A stretch of 32,000 nt of DNA from Candidatus Nanoclepta minutus (GCA_003568775.1 MWMI01000001.1:60001-92000); one strand, 5' to 3'; counted from the stretch's first letter, positions 18,491-27,026 are shown. Notes: generated from the letters alone by a model not told the origin. Translations and numbers: made by a program.

Positions 18491-18979
18491 ACGTGTAAAG
18501 TATTCTTAACAATATGCAAGTATCCTACAAAAGGGTTATCTATTAGGGATATAGCAAAATTAACCAGTCTATCACCCCCAACGGTTTCAAAAATTATTAA
18601 AGAATTATATGAGGAAGGTTTGGTTGTCATACAAAAAGATAAGAATACTTATAAGATATTTGGAAATATAAACAACGAAAAATATAAGTTTTTAAAAAGA
18701 TTATTTAATCTTTATCAAATTAAGGGTTTAATAGAATTTTTAAATAAGGAATTATTCCCCCATGCGATTATCCTTTATGGTTCTTATGCAAGAGGGGAAG
18801 ACTTAGAAGATTCTGATATAGATATTATTATTTTAAGGCCTAGAATTAAGAAGAATTTAGATTTGAGCAAATTCGAGGGAATGTTCAATAGGAAAATTCA
18901 TATAATATTTATGGAGAATTTTGAAGATGTTAAACATTTATTGGGCTTAGATTTCTTGGTATTTGGAAGTATAGTATGA
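18473..18979 (+). CDS. wHTH-fused minimal nucleotidyltransferase (MNT) protein
   Basis: The N-terminal winged-helix pattern is LSIRDIAKLTSLSPPTVSKIIKELYEEGLV. The MNT motif is GSYARGEDLEDSDIDIII. The stop overlaps the HEPN gene start (ATGA at 18976). Confidence 0.8.
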   Translation: MLENINTCKVFLTICKYPTKGLSIRDIAKLTSLSPPTVSKIIKELYEEGLVVIQKDKNTYKIFGNINNEKYKFLKRLFNLYQIKGLIEFLNKELFPHAIILYGSYARGEDLEDSDIDIIILRPRIKKNLDLSKFEGMFNRKIHIIFMENFEDVKHLLGLDFLVFGSIV

Positions 18980-19401
18980 TAGATTTCGATTTTTATATAA
19001 GGAAAGGTATTGTGGTTAAAAGGATCCCTGATAAAAACAGGGCTAGAGATTTGTTAAGTGATTCTGAAGAAAAGTTTATGATAGCTGAAAAAGTTAAAGA
19101 TATCAGTCCTAAAGTAGCTTTTGAGTTATATTATGATGCTATAAGAGGGTTGTTAGAGGTAGGAATGTTCATATATGGGTATAAAACATGGAGTCACGAA
19201 GCTGCTATTTCCTTTGGAAAGATTCTCGGACTAAAAGATGAAGAAATATCATTTTTAGATAATTTAAGGAAGTTAAGAAACGAATCAAAATATTATGGAG
19301 GAAAAATCGATAGAGATTTATTAGACGGATTATATAGAGATATAGTAGAGGTTTATAATAAATTAAAAGGAATTCTTCTGAAATTAATTGATCAAAATTA
19401 A
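18976..19401 (+). CDS. HEPN-domain protein (partner of MNT)
   Basis: The 141-aa helical protein is coupled to an MNT gene. The expected Rx4-6H position reads LRKLRNESKYYG, which is Rx4Y rather than Rx4H. Confidence 0.65.
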   Translation: MIDFDFYIRKGIVVKRIPDKNRARDLLSDSEEKFMIAEKVKDISPKVAFELYYDAIRGLLEVGMFIYGYKTWSHEAAISFGKILGLKDEEISFLDNLRKLRNESKYYGGKIDRDLLDGLYRDIVEVYNKLKGILLKLIDQN

Positions 19402-19646
19402 TTAAAAAATAGTTTGTTTTAACTCTATTTCTTCTTTTCTAATTCTAAGAGATAATCTGTGGAGTATTCAGTAGGAGAAAAATAATATATTAAAGATTTA
19501 AGAGTATTTTATTAGTATGCAAGAATATTTCAGGGGAATATGACCTTTATTCTAGCTGGAGCTTTAGATATAGTTTTATTGATAGAGATATTTGAAAAAT
19601 ATTTCTAAATATCGCTAACTAAAAATTTAATATAAGCATTAAAGGC

Positions 19647-20408
19647 CTATCCACATATATTATAATTCAATATTTCTTTAAAGTTTGATACTTCAACAAT
19701 TTGCATATTATATTTCTCCAAGAATATTTGAGTCAAATTAATCTGTTTTGGAACGTATTCTATCTCCATATAATAAAATCCTGGATATATCTCTCTTCTC
19801 TTCTCAACTTTGTCATATGTATAAACAACGCTTTGTCCTTTTGGTAAGAAAAATATCTTCTTATTATTTTCTGCAGCTGCTAATGCTTTTTCAAATACTC
19901 CTCCTATAGGTCCAATGTTTCCATTAGTATCTATTGTTCCAGTTGCAGCTATCTGATTACTCACGTTTTTTCCCTGTAATAAACAATAAAAGGCTATTGC
20001 AAATGCTAACCCAGCACTTGGTCCTCCAACTAAAGTAGCATTTGATAATATATCAACTGTAAAATCATATTTTGAGCAATCAACGTTTAATAAATTACAT
20101 ACGTATCTTTTAGCCGTTTCGATTGAATACTGTGTATCAGCTTCTACGAATGGATTAATACCTAAGTAAACTTTTCCATTACCAGGCATTATCTTTAAAA
20201 CACCGTATTCTAATACTCCTTCTCCATTAGAGGTTACTGCTACTGTTGGGAAAACTGTATGGTTAGTTGTAAAATCGTTTAGGGTCTGATCAAAAATGTT
20301 GGAAATATTTGATTGTTTAAATATTTGTATGCTTAAGAAAACACCGACTAGCAATCCGGCTAAGAAAATAATTAATTCTTTAAAAAAGTTCTTTACTTCA
20401 TTGGTCAT
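19647..20408 (-). CDS. membrane-anchored S16 (Lon proteolytic domain) serine protease, archaeal type
   Basis: An N-terminal TM helix (LIIFLAGLLVGVFLSIQIF) is present. The Lon catalytic Ser motif is VGGPSAGLA, and the Lys lies in IGGVFEKALAA. Confidence 0.8.
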   Translation of the reverse strand: MTNEVKNFFKELIIFLAGLLVGVFLSIQIFKQSNISNIFDQTLNDFTTNHTVFPTVAVTSNGEGVLEYGVLKIMPGNGKVYLGINPFVEADTQYSIETAKRYVCNLLNVDCSKYDFTVDILSNATLVGGPSAGLAFAIAFYCLLQGKNVSNQIAATGTIDTNGNIGPIGGVFEKALAAAENNKKIFFLPKGQSVVYTYDKVEKRREIYPGFYYMEIEYVPKQINLTQIFLEKYNMQIVEVSNFKEILNYNICG

Positions 20409-20485
20409 GTATTAACTTTGGTAATTAACTTAATAAACATAAATTGAGTTCTGATAAAACAGAATAGAAATAAAATAGTTATTAA

Positions 20486-20529
20486 CGGACCCTCGGGGAT
20501 TCGAATCCAAGATCTCTTGTTCGAGATCT
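20486..20529 (-). other. tRNA-like 3' fragment (non-canonical T-arm) plus adjacent 7-bp hairpin
   Basis: The minus strand reads ...CTTGGATTCGAATCCCCGAGGGTCCG, with a GGATTCGAATCC core like a T-arm. The stem CTTGG/CCGAG would enclose a 10-nt loop, so it is not a functional tRNA arm. The hairpin agatctc-ttgttc-gagatct lies at 20510-20529. The segment is GC-rich in AT-rich DNA. Confidence 0.3.
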
Positions 20530-20606
20530 CTATAGTTTTCTATCTATATAGACTATGAAATCTTTATAAACTCTGAAAACTTTATGAGAATTATAAAGCA
20601 GTAAAG

Positions 20607-20633
20607 TGGCCCTGGATGCATGTGAGGGGGCCA
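20607..20633 (-). other. GC-rich hairpin immediately after the stop codon of ORF 20635..21159
   Basis: The stem TGGCCC/GGGCCA has a 15-nt loop. On the minus strand it is followed by CTTTACTGCTTTATAATT. It could be a terminator-like element or part of a structured RNA. Confidence 0.3.
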
Positions 20634-20634
20634 A

Positions 20635-21159
20635 TTATCGCAATATTCCTTCTTGCTTTAAATAGATTAATGTATCAATTAATTTTACTAAAATAATTAG
20701 GTCTTTTCTTGTGATATAAATAGAGCTTTCATAGATAACTTTTGCATAGTTAAAGTTAATCTTTATATGATCGTCTAAAATAATTGTATTATAAATACTA
20801 TCAAAAGATTTTAAGTAGTCTATTAAATCATTTTCATATTTGAAAAATTTATAGTTAGTTAATTCTTTAAGCAATAACAAATTGTTAGTATCTTCTAGAA
20901 ACTTTTTCCATTTATTCTTTATATTAATTTTCTGTTTTTTACCTAGATCTTTAATATGGGCGACTGTTAATCTATTTTTCTCCAGAAAATCTTTTATCTT
21001 ACTTATATTTTCAATTAAAGTAGTTCCATAAAGTATCTCTCCTTTTTTATAGGAGTAATCGACTATTATTATCATTATGGTATTAATCTTGTGTTCCTTA
21101 TAAGTCCTATACCAATGATATAAAAGTTCTCTAAAATTGTAGCCAAAACCATTATTCAT
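20635..21159 (-). CDS. hypothetical protein (174 aa), very AT-rich orphan
   Basis: An intact ORF lies directly downstream of tRNA-Arg on the same strand. Its composition is extremely rich in K, N, I and Y. No motif recognised. Confidence 0.45.
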   Translation of the reverse strand: MNNGFGYNFRELLYHWYRTYKEHKINTIMIIIVDYSYKKGEILYGTTLIENISKIKDFLEKNRLTVAHIKDLGKKQKINIKNKWKKFLEDTNNLLLLKELTNYKFFKYENDLIDYLKSFDSIYNTIILDDHIKINFNYAKVIYESSIYITRKDLIILVKLIDTLIYLKQEGILR

Positions 21160-21186
21160 TATTAATGAAAGTTAAATAACCATTAA

Positions 21187-21261
21187 CGGGCCCGGGGGGA
21201 TTTGAACCCCCGACCTCCGGGTCCGCAACCCGACGCTCTGTCCAAGCTGAGCTACGGGCCC
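21187..21261 (-). tRNA. tRNA-Arg (anticodon GCG)
   Basis: The reverse complement folds as GGGCCCG TA GCTC AGCTTGGACA GAGC G TCGGG TTGCGGA CCCGG AGGTC GGGGG TTCAAAT CCCCC CGGGCCC G. This is a full 75-nt cloverleaf with no encoded CCA. Confidence 0.93.
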
Positions 21262-21262
21262 A

Positions 21263-22366
21263 TTAATATAAAGATATCTCTCTCCAATATAAACCCAAGG
21301 AATCTGCATATCTATATACTTCTAACATTTCCTTTTCAGAAACTCTTCTTTTAATTTCAGGATACTTATCCGTAGATAAAACTAAGTAATCTGGATGATA
21401 CTGATCCATTATGTTTACAACTGCTTCGGGTAAGTTATTTGCAATCCATTCTAAAACTCTTTTAGAACAGCATTCAATATGTTCCGGTAAGACTAGATGT
21501 CTTATTATAATGCTTTCTCCTTTTATTATTAACAAATTCCTAGTAATTATTTCAAAATAGTTTGGTACGAAGGAATACTTCAAAGCACATTGATTATTTC
21601 CATATTTGAAATCCGGTAGCCAAATATCTATTACATCTAATAAAACTTTCATTGATTCTTCGGTTAAATACATATTGCTGTTCCAGAGTTGCGGTATGTT
21701 TATGTCTCTCTCTGCAACTTCTTTCATGGATTTTAAGATATCTAATAAATTTGGGGTAGGTTCCCCACCAACCCAATTTATGTTCTTAGCACCTATCCCA
21801 TGTAGTTTTTCTTGAATATTTGCTAAATCTATATAGTTAACTTCTTCTCCATTCTCAGGATATTGTGATATACTCCAGTTTTGACAATAAACACATTTAA
21901 AATTACATCCAGTAAAGAAAATCGTTCCAGAAGGTATTAATGGTAATTCCTCTCCATAATGTAAGAAGTATTCAGATAATCTAGTTTTATCAACCCTACA
22001 AAAACCTATTTCTCTTTCCCTATCAACTTTACACCTCCTTTCACATAATATACAAGACTTTACGATCCTTTTAACTATTTCAATCTTTAAATCCAGGTAA
22101 GATCTTTCTTGAATATTCTTTTCTAAAACCCCTTTATCTAAAACTTCCTCCTTTAATTCCTTAAATTCTTTAGATTTTTCCTCATGTAATCTCCAAAGTT
22201 CCTCATAAGCTAATTCTTCTAATCTTTCTTCAACAGGAATTCTAATTGCAATATTAATCTTTGAAGGAACTTTCTTTTCTAAAACTAAAAAATACCATTC
22301 TAATCTTTTTTTTAATTCAGGATCTTTATTTATCTCTTCTGCAATTAATAATCTATGATTTATCAT
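21263..22366 (-). CDS. radical SAM protein, PflX-like (COG1313-type)
   Basis: The CxxxCxxC cluster lies in FFTGCNFKCVYCQNWSIS. An upstream Cys motif CILCERRCKVDREREIGFCRV is typical of PflX-like PFL-activase homologues. Length is 367 aa. Confidence 0.75.
   Translation of the reverse strand: MINHRLLIAEEINKDPELKKRLEWYFLVLEKKVPSKINIAIRIPVEERLEELAYEELWRLHEEKSKEFKELKEEVLDKGVLEKNIQERSYLDLKIEIVKRIVKSCILCERRCKVDREREIGFCRVDKTRLSEYFLHYGEELPLIPSGTIFFTGCNFKCVYCQNWSISQYPENGEEVNYIDLANIQEKLHGIGAKNINWVGGEPTPNLLDILKSMKEVAERDINIPQLWNSNMYLTEESMKVLLDVIDIWLPDFKYGNNQCALKYSFVPNYFEIITRNLLIIKGESIIIRHLVLPEHIECCSKRVLEWIANNLPEAVVNIMDQYHPDYLVLSTDKYPEIKRRVSEKEMLEVYRYADSLGLYWREISLY
21286..21293 (-). promoter_or_regulatory. 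TATA-box-like octamer inside the 3' end of the radical SAM gene, at -32..-25 relative to tRNA-Arg +1
   Basis: The minus strand reads TTTATATT at -32..-25. The same octamer recurs at -11..-4. The spacing fits archaeal TATA-to-start distance for initiation at or very near the mature tRNA 5' end. Confidence 0.35.
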
Positions 22367-22857
22367 TTTATTTTCGGTAGAACTATTCCTTTTAAGTCTT
22401 CATATTTACCAATTTTATAGAAAAGACCAGTCAAATAGCATAACCATGCGTCATAGATATGTTTCGATCTAAAATATTCCTTAAACATATGAAAATTAAA
22501 TCCTAGAATTCTTTCTACAGCTCTAGGAAAGGTTTCTAATACTTTTATCTTATATTCTTTTTCTATTTTTTCTTTTATCCTTATAGCCCTTTCAGACAAT
22601 TCCCTTATGCTTTTTATAGTAAGAGGCATAGGTCTGAAACCTCTCTTTAACAACTCCCTTTCGGAATCCCTAAAAGGAACTTTTTCTAATGATAAAGGTG
22701 CATCTATAACAACTATTTCGGGTAATAAATTTTCTATGACTCTAAATATTTCTTCATCTCTATGAACTATTGAAAAATGTAATCCCTCATTATAGTAACA
22801 TATTCCTGTAGGATTTCTATCCTTAGCTGCCAAATCTATACCCAATATTCTATACAT
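22363..22857 (-). CDS. RNase H-fold protein, DUF429/COG2410-like
   Basis: ILGIDLA...PTG near the N-terminus, VVIDAPLSL and the C-terminal DAW..YLTG resemble the predicted RNase H-fold nuclease family. The assignment is from motif memory only. Confidence 0.5.
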   Translation of the reverse strand: MYRILGIDLAAKDRNPTGICYYNEGLHFSIVHRDEEIFRVIENLLPEIVVIDAPLSLEKVPFRDSERELLKRGFRPMPLTIKSIRELSERAIRIKEKIEKEYKIKVLETFPRAVERILGFNFHMFKEYFRSKHIYDAWLCYLTGLFYKIGKYEDLKGIVLPKIK

Positions 22858-23485
22858 CCAATTTTTTCTTTAATTCTTCAAACTTATGGCCCGTGTCCCA
22901 ATAATCCTTTTCAAATCCCAATTTGTCTAAATACCAGTTTAGAATTGCAATTACCTGGGAAGAAAAGTATGGGATATCTCCTAAAGAAATAAACTTAGCT
23001 TTATCTCTTAACCATTTCTTTTCCTTTTTCGGTAATCCTAGAAAATCTCCGATTATAAATACGGGATTTTCTATCTTAACTTTTTCTATAAACTCTCCTT
23101 CCTTATCCAGGACATATATGTTTTTTCCTTCTTTAATGTATTCTTCAACAACTTCTCTAAACTCCTTTCTTTCTACGTAAACACCTGGAAAAGCTTCTAT
23201 AGGTGTTCTCCTTTTATTGAACTTCCTCAAAGCTATGGATAATAAGGTAGCTATATCTTTCTTAGACCATGGAGTATCGAGGTTTGAAGTTATTTTTATT
23301 CTTCTAGGAGGGTCAGGTGGGCCGTATAGTAATAGATCAAAAACAACGCTTTTCCTAAAACCGTTTGAAATAAAAAATGAATGTATTATTGAATGGACTA
23401 TTACATCTATTCTTCCAGAATGATAGATATCTTTAAACTTTCCATCAGTCCTTCCGGTATTGGAATAAAATATAAATACTCTCAT
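22850..23485 (-). CDS. trmY: tRNA (pseudouridine54-N1)-methyltransferase TrmY (SPOUT, DUF358)
   Basis: MRVFIF...SGRIDVIVHSI..SFFISNGFRK...LLLYGPPDPPR, then FIIGDFLGL...ISLG..PYFSSQVIAILNWYLD, follows the TrmY pattern. Length is 211 aa. Confidence 0.75.
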   Translation of the reverse strand: MRVFIFYSNTGRTDGKFKDIYHSGRIDVIVHSIIHSFFISNGFRKSVVFDLLLYGPPDPPRRIKITSNLDTPWSKKDIATLLSIALRKFNKRRTPIEAFPGVYVERKEFREVVEEYIKEGKNIYVLDKEGEFIEKVKIENPVFIIGDFLGLPKKEKKWLRDKAKFISLGDIPYFSSQVIAILNWYLDKLGFEKDYWDTGHKFEELKKKLDV

Positions 23486-24102
23486 TTTTTACAGAACAAA
23501 TTAAGCCAAATCTCCTTATCCGAAGAATTATTATATCTAGTTTCTAATATTTCAAAACCTACGTTTTTTAGACTATCTTTTACGAAATTTTCTGTATAAA
23601 TAAAGAAGTATCTTATCTCTCCATACTTCTTATCTATTAATATTTTTTCTTCCTTATCAATCTTTACAGATAATAATAATATTCCTTCTTTTTTTAAAAC
23701 TCTATAAAGTTCTTTTAAACTCCTTATAAAATCTTCTTTGTTTAGATGAACTAAAACACCAATACATATAATACCATCAAAGAACTCGTTGCTAAATTCC
23801 AATTTTCTAATATCCATTATAAAATATTTACCTCTCGGCTCATATTCTTTAGCAATGTTTAGCATGTTTTTACTCAAATCTATACCATAAACTTCTTTTA
23901 TCCCTAGCTCATATAAGATTTTTATATCTCTACCCGGACCACAGCCTGCATCCAGAACCTTTTCTTTATTTTTCAATAAATTTACAAAATTTTTTAATAA
24001 ATCGATATAACTTTCTTCCCTATAGTTTAACCATTTTTCAGCATATCTATCAGCTACTTTTTCATAAGTCTTTATTGTTTCTTTAACATAATCTTTTTCC
24101 AT
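23482..24102 (-). CDS. class I SAM-dependent methyltransferase
   Basis: Motif I is VLDAGCGPGRD, followed by GIDLS and FDGIICIGVLVHL. It is the first gene of a four-gene overlapping minus-strand operon. Confidence 0.8.
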   Translation of the reverse strand: MEKDYVKETIKTYEKVADRYAEKWLNYREESYIDLLKNFVNLLKNKEKVLDAGCGPGRDIKILYELGIKEVYGIDLSKNMLNIAKEYEPRGKYFIMDIRKLEFSNEFFDGIICIGVLVHLNKEDFIRSLKELYRVLKKEGILLLSVKIDKEEKILIDKKYGEIRYFFIYTENFVKDSLKNVGFEILETRYNNSSDKEIWLNLFCKK

Positions 24103-24132
24103 ATTTTTTATTTTTTCCGAATATTAAAAAAT

Positions 24133-24546
24133 ATGAAAATCTATACGAAGGAGATTTCTATACAGACTAATAAAAGAAGAGAAGTAGTAAACATTACAGA
24201 TTATGTAGAAAAAATTGTTAGAGAATCTAAAATAAGAGAAGGTATTGCTTTAGTATTCTTACCACATGCCACTGCAGGTTTGTTCTCAAACGAAGACGAA
24301 CCCAATATAAAAAAAGATTACTTAAACCTTTTTGAAAGATTAGTTCCAGAAAAAGAAGATTATTATCATAATCAGATTGATAATAATGCAGATTCTCACT
24401 TGCTATCTTCTTTATTTAAGCAATTCTTTATCTATCCAGTTAAAGATGGAAAGTTAATTAGGGGTACATGGCAGGATCTTTTCCTAGCAGAATTTGATGG
24501 ACCAAGGGCAAGGAGAGTATTAATTATAATTATTGGGAAAGGATAG
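24133..24546 (+). CDS. YjbQ/UPF0047 family protein (secondary thiamine-phosphate synthase-like)
   Basis: The 137-aa protein has LPHATAGL..NE.EP, NADSHL and G.WQ.L.L.EFDGPR.R. These are the characteristic UPF0047 blocks. Confidence 0.85.
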   Translation: MKIYTKEISIQTNKRREVVNITDYVEKIVRESKIREGIALVFLPHATAGLFSNEDEPNIKKDYLNLFERLVPEKEDYYHNQIDNNADSHLLSSLFKQFFIYPVKDGKLIRGTWQDLFLAEFDGPRARRVLIIIIGKG

Positions 24547-24553
24547 AGAAATA

Positions 24554-25138
24554 ATGATAATATTGGTTGTAGGTGTTCCCGCGTCTGGTAAAACTTCTGT
24601 AGTAAATGCAGCGAAGAAGTACTTTAAGAAGGAGATAGAAGTTATAGAGTTTGGGGACATAATTTTTGAGTTAGCTAAGAAGAATTATGGGATAGAAAAT
24701 AGAGATGAAATTAGAAAAAAATTATCTGTTAAAGATCAAACCGAACTACAGCTTGAAGCGGTTGGATATATCCTTGATAAGTGTATGAAAGGAGATGTTA
24801 TAGTTACTACGCACTTTGTTATAGAGACCTCTTCAGGTTTTAAATCGGGAATAAATAAGGAGATGGCCGATCTATTGAAACCAGATGCAATAGTAATAAT
24901 AATCTCAGACCCTGATAAGATACTATTAAGGAGGGTGGAGGATACTAGTAGGGTTAGGGAGAAAGAGGATTTGGAGAGGATTAGAATACATCAAGAAATG
25001 ACTATTTATTATGCTATACCATTTATGTATATGTATAATACGGTTATAGAGGTAATAAAAAATGAAGAGGGTTTATTAGAGGTGGCTGCTAAAAAGTTTG
25101 CAGACTTTATTAATAATCTGTTAGAAGAAAAACGTTAA
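24554..25138 (+). CDS. adkA: archaeal-type adenylate kinase
   Basis: The P-loop is VVGVPASGKTS. FGD..FE.AK...I.NRDE.RK, the TH...ET..GF block and LLRR..D.SR.RE parallel archaeal AdkA. I prefer the ATG at 24554 over the track TTG at 24533. Confidence 0.85.
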   Translation: MIILVVGVPASGKTSVVNAAKKYFKKEIEVIEFGDIIFELAKKNYGIENRDEIRKKLSVKDQTELQLEAVGYILDKCMKGDVIVTTHFVIETSSGFKSGINKEMADLLKPDAIVIIISDPDKILLRRVEDTSRVREKEDLERIRIHQEMTIYYAIPFMYMYNTVIEVIKNEEGLLEVAAKKFADFINNLLEEKR

Positions 25139-25144
25139 TATAAC

Positions 25145-25217
25145 TGGGGCCGCCGGGATTTGAACCCGGGACCACCGGCACCCCAAACCGGCATCCTTCC
25201 AGCTGGACGACGGCCCC
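25145..25217 (-). tRNA. tRNA-Pro (anticodon GGG)
   Basis: The reverse complement folds as GGGGCCG TC GTCC AGCTGGAA GGAT G CCGGT TTGGGGT GCCGG TGGTC CCGGG TTCAAAT CCCGG CGGCCCC A. Length is 73 nt with no encoded CCA. Confidence 0.93.
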
Positions 25218-25238
25218 TTTAAAAGAATTTTTATCTAA

Positions 25239-25310
<72 letters not shown>

Positions 25311-25316
25311 ATATTC

Positions 25317-26975
25317 TTATAATCTGTATAATATTTCTTCAATTTTATCCCAACCAATCTTTAACTCTTTTAATAGTTCAACAAAGGTTGATAAGGACCA
25401 TAGTTGTGAAATTGCCCCAGATATATCCCTTTTCTTTGCAGAAGAGAGTTCAGGGAGAGTTCCGATCTCTTTTAAGTATTTAATAGAAGATAAGAGTATT
25501 TTTCTTATATACTTCTTGTACTTTTCTTTGTTAACCCTCTTCATACAGATGGCAGCGATATGGTTTAGGAATATCCAGGAATCTCCATTATGCATGGATT
25601 TTCCTATATCTCTAAAGTAGTTATCTCCATTATTCTCTTCAACAAATTCCTTATCGAACTTCGATAGAGAGGATAATCCACCCCATTCTAACCATAGATG
25701 GTTTAAAGTATAGTCAAATATTTTCTCCCATTTTTCTCTATTAAACACGTCTGGTAGTATGTAGTAAGATAAAAATACGTTTGGTCTAATTTTCCTACTA
25801 TCTGGACTATCCAGCAAGCTATTATCTTCAAGATAAGTATTTTTAACTGTATTTAGAAGGTCTAAGTATAGTTCCCTATACCTTTCATCCCTTTTATATT
25901 CATATAGGTTTTTGTATATGTTTAAGATTAAGAATTGTAACTCAATTGGATGTTTTCTGTTTAATGTATCCATCCAGCTTTCATTTGGAAAGGCAATAAA
26001 AAGTTTTGTTTTGCTATCATAATGTGTTTCTGTAAACTTTACAAGGTTTTCCTCAATTTTATTAACGATCTTTGCAAATTCTTCCATTGTAAATAAATAT
26101 TTAAATTCGAATAACCTTTTAACATACCAACCAAAGCTATCGGAATTTCCATTTATTCCATTATGGACTATATTCTTTATTTTTCCATTTGGTAAAATGT
26201 AAGATAGATATTCAATCAGTTTATCTTTAACAATCTTTTTATATCCGATTATGTAAAGTCCTCTTAAAGATATTAGGACGTCTCTAGACCATTCCTGGGG
26301 GTACCATGGATAACCCGCAGATATCCAGTTATGGATGAAGGAGGATATCCTATCTTTTACAATTTCTTTAATGGAGCAATTGGGACTTATGTATTCCCCT
26401 TCTAACCTTCTTCTTAGACCTATATATATACTCCTTCCAGTTAATTTAAATGGCGAATATAGGTATCTCTCGAATGGAGGAGATTTTCTCCTTTCATCGT
26501 AGTTATATCTTACTTTTATCCATTTATTTTCATTTTCTTCAATGTTTGAGAATCCATAGATATATAGTTTTACATTTAGGTCTCCCTTAGAGAACCTCAG
26601 TAATATGTAATCTGGAAGGACTTCATATCCATATATTCTGTTCCATTCTTCCGTATCATAGATATCCTTTACATCAAAATATAATTCAATTTTTGATGTA
26701 AATGGAACCTCATAGAGGATACCATGTTGGAATAGGTAATATCTCTCATAGAAACTATCATACTTTATAATTACTTCGTTAGATCCCCTTAGAAATATCT
26801 CTCTAGGCTCCTCTTTAATATCTAAATTTACAATTCTATCTAATATTTTGATGAATTTGTTATTGTATAAGGTGAATAATCCAAAGAATCTACTATAACT
26901 CGTCAGTGGTAAAGTAAAAAAGCTACCATTACTTGATAAAAAAACAAAATCTTTGTAGTTGAGGCTCAATGCCAT
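25317..26975 (-). CDS. glycogen debranching enzyme-like (amylo-alpha-1,6-glucosidase, GDE_C/COG3408 type)
   Basis: SAGYPWYPQEWSRDVLISLRGL, HNGDSWIFLNH and GTLPEL....ISGAISQLWS match the conserved blocks of archaeal and bacterial GDE-type six-hairpin glycosidases. Length is 552 aa. Confidence 0.8.
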   Translation of the reverse strand: MALSLNYKDFVFLSSNGSFFTLPLTSYSRFFGLFTLYNNKFIKILDRIVNLDIKEEPREIFLRGSNEVIIKYDSFYERYYLFQHGILYEVPFTSKIELYFDVKDIYDTEEWNRIYGYEVLPDYILLRFSKGDLNVKLYIYGFSNIEENENKWIKVRYNYDERRKSPPFERYLYSPFKLTGRSIYIGLRRRLEGEYISPNCSIKEIVKDRISSFIHNWISAGYPWYPQEWSRDVLISLRGLYIIGYKKIVKDKLIEYLSYILPNGKIKNIVHNGINGNSDSFGWYVKRLFEFKYLFTMEEFAKIVNKIEENLVKFTETHYDSKTKLFIAFPNESWMDTLNRKHPIELQFLILNIYKNLYEYKRDERYRELYLDLLNTVKNTYLEDNSLLDSPDSRKIRPNVFLSYYILPDVFNREKWEKIFDYTLNHLWLEWGGLSSLSKFDKEFVEENNGDNYFRDIGKSMHNGDSWIFLNHIAAICMKRVNKEKYKKYIRKILLSSIKYLKEIGTLPELSSAKKRDISGAISQLWSLSTFVELLKELKIGWDKIEEILYRL

Positions 26976-27026
26976 AATCTAAAAATGTAAAAATCATTTA
27001 AAAACAATTATTGTCTAAAATAATAA

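Noticed and set aside
19540-19608. 22-codon hydrophobic mini-ORF (MTFILAGALDIVLLIEIFEKYF) in the 245-nt intergenic region after the HEPN gene
   Set aside because: I can show no conserved context, clear promoter spacing or coupling. Short ORFs of this size are expected by chance. It is worth a look only if ribosome profiling exists.
20486-20530. Possible 3' half of a split (trans-spliced) tRNA gene with an upstream promoter and leader
   Set aside because: With TTCGAAT as the T-loop the flanking stems (TTGGA / CCCCG) do not pair. The only 5-bp stem (CTTGG/CCGAG) leaves a 10-nt loop. The window holds no matching 5' half and no GC-rich complementary leader. I kept it only as a tRNA-like fragment.
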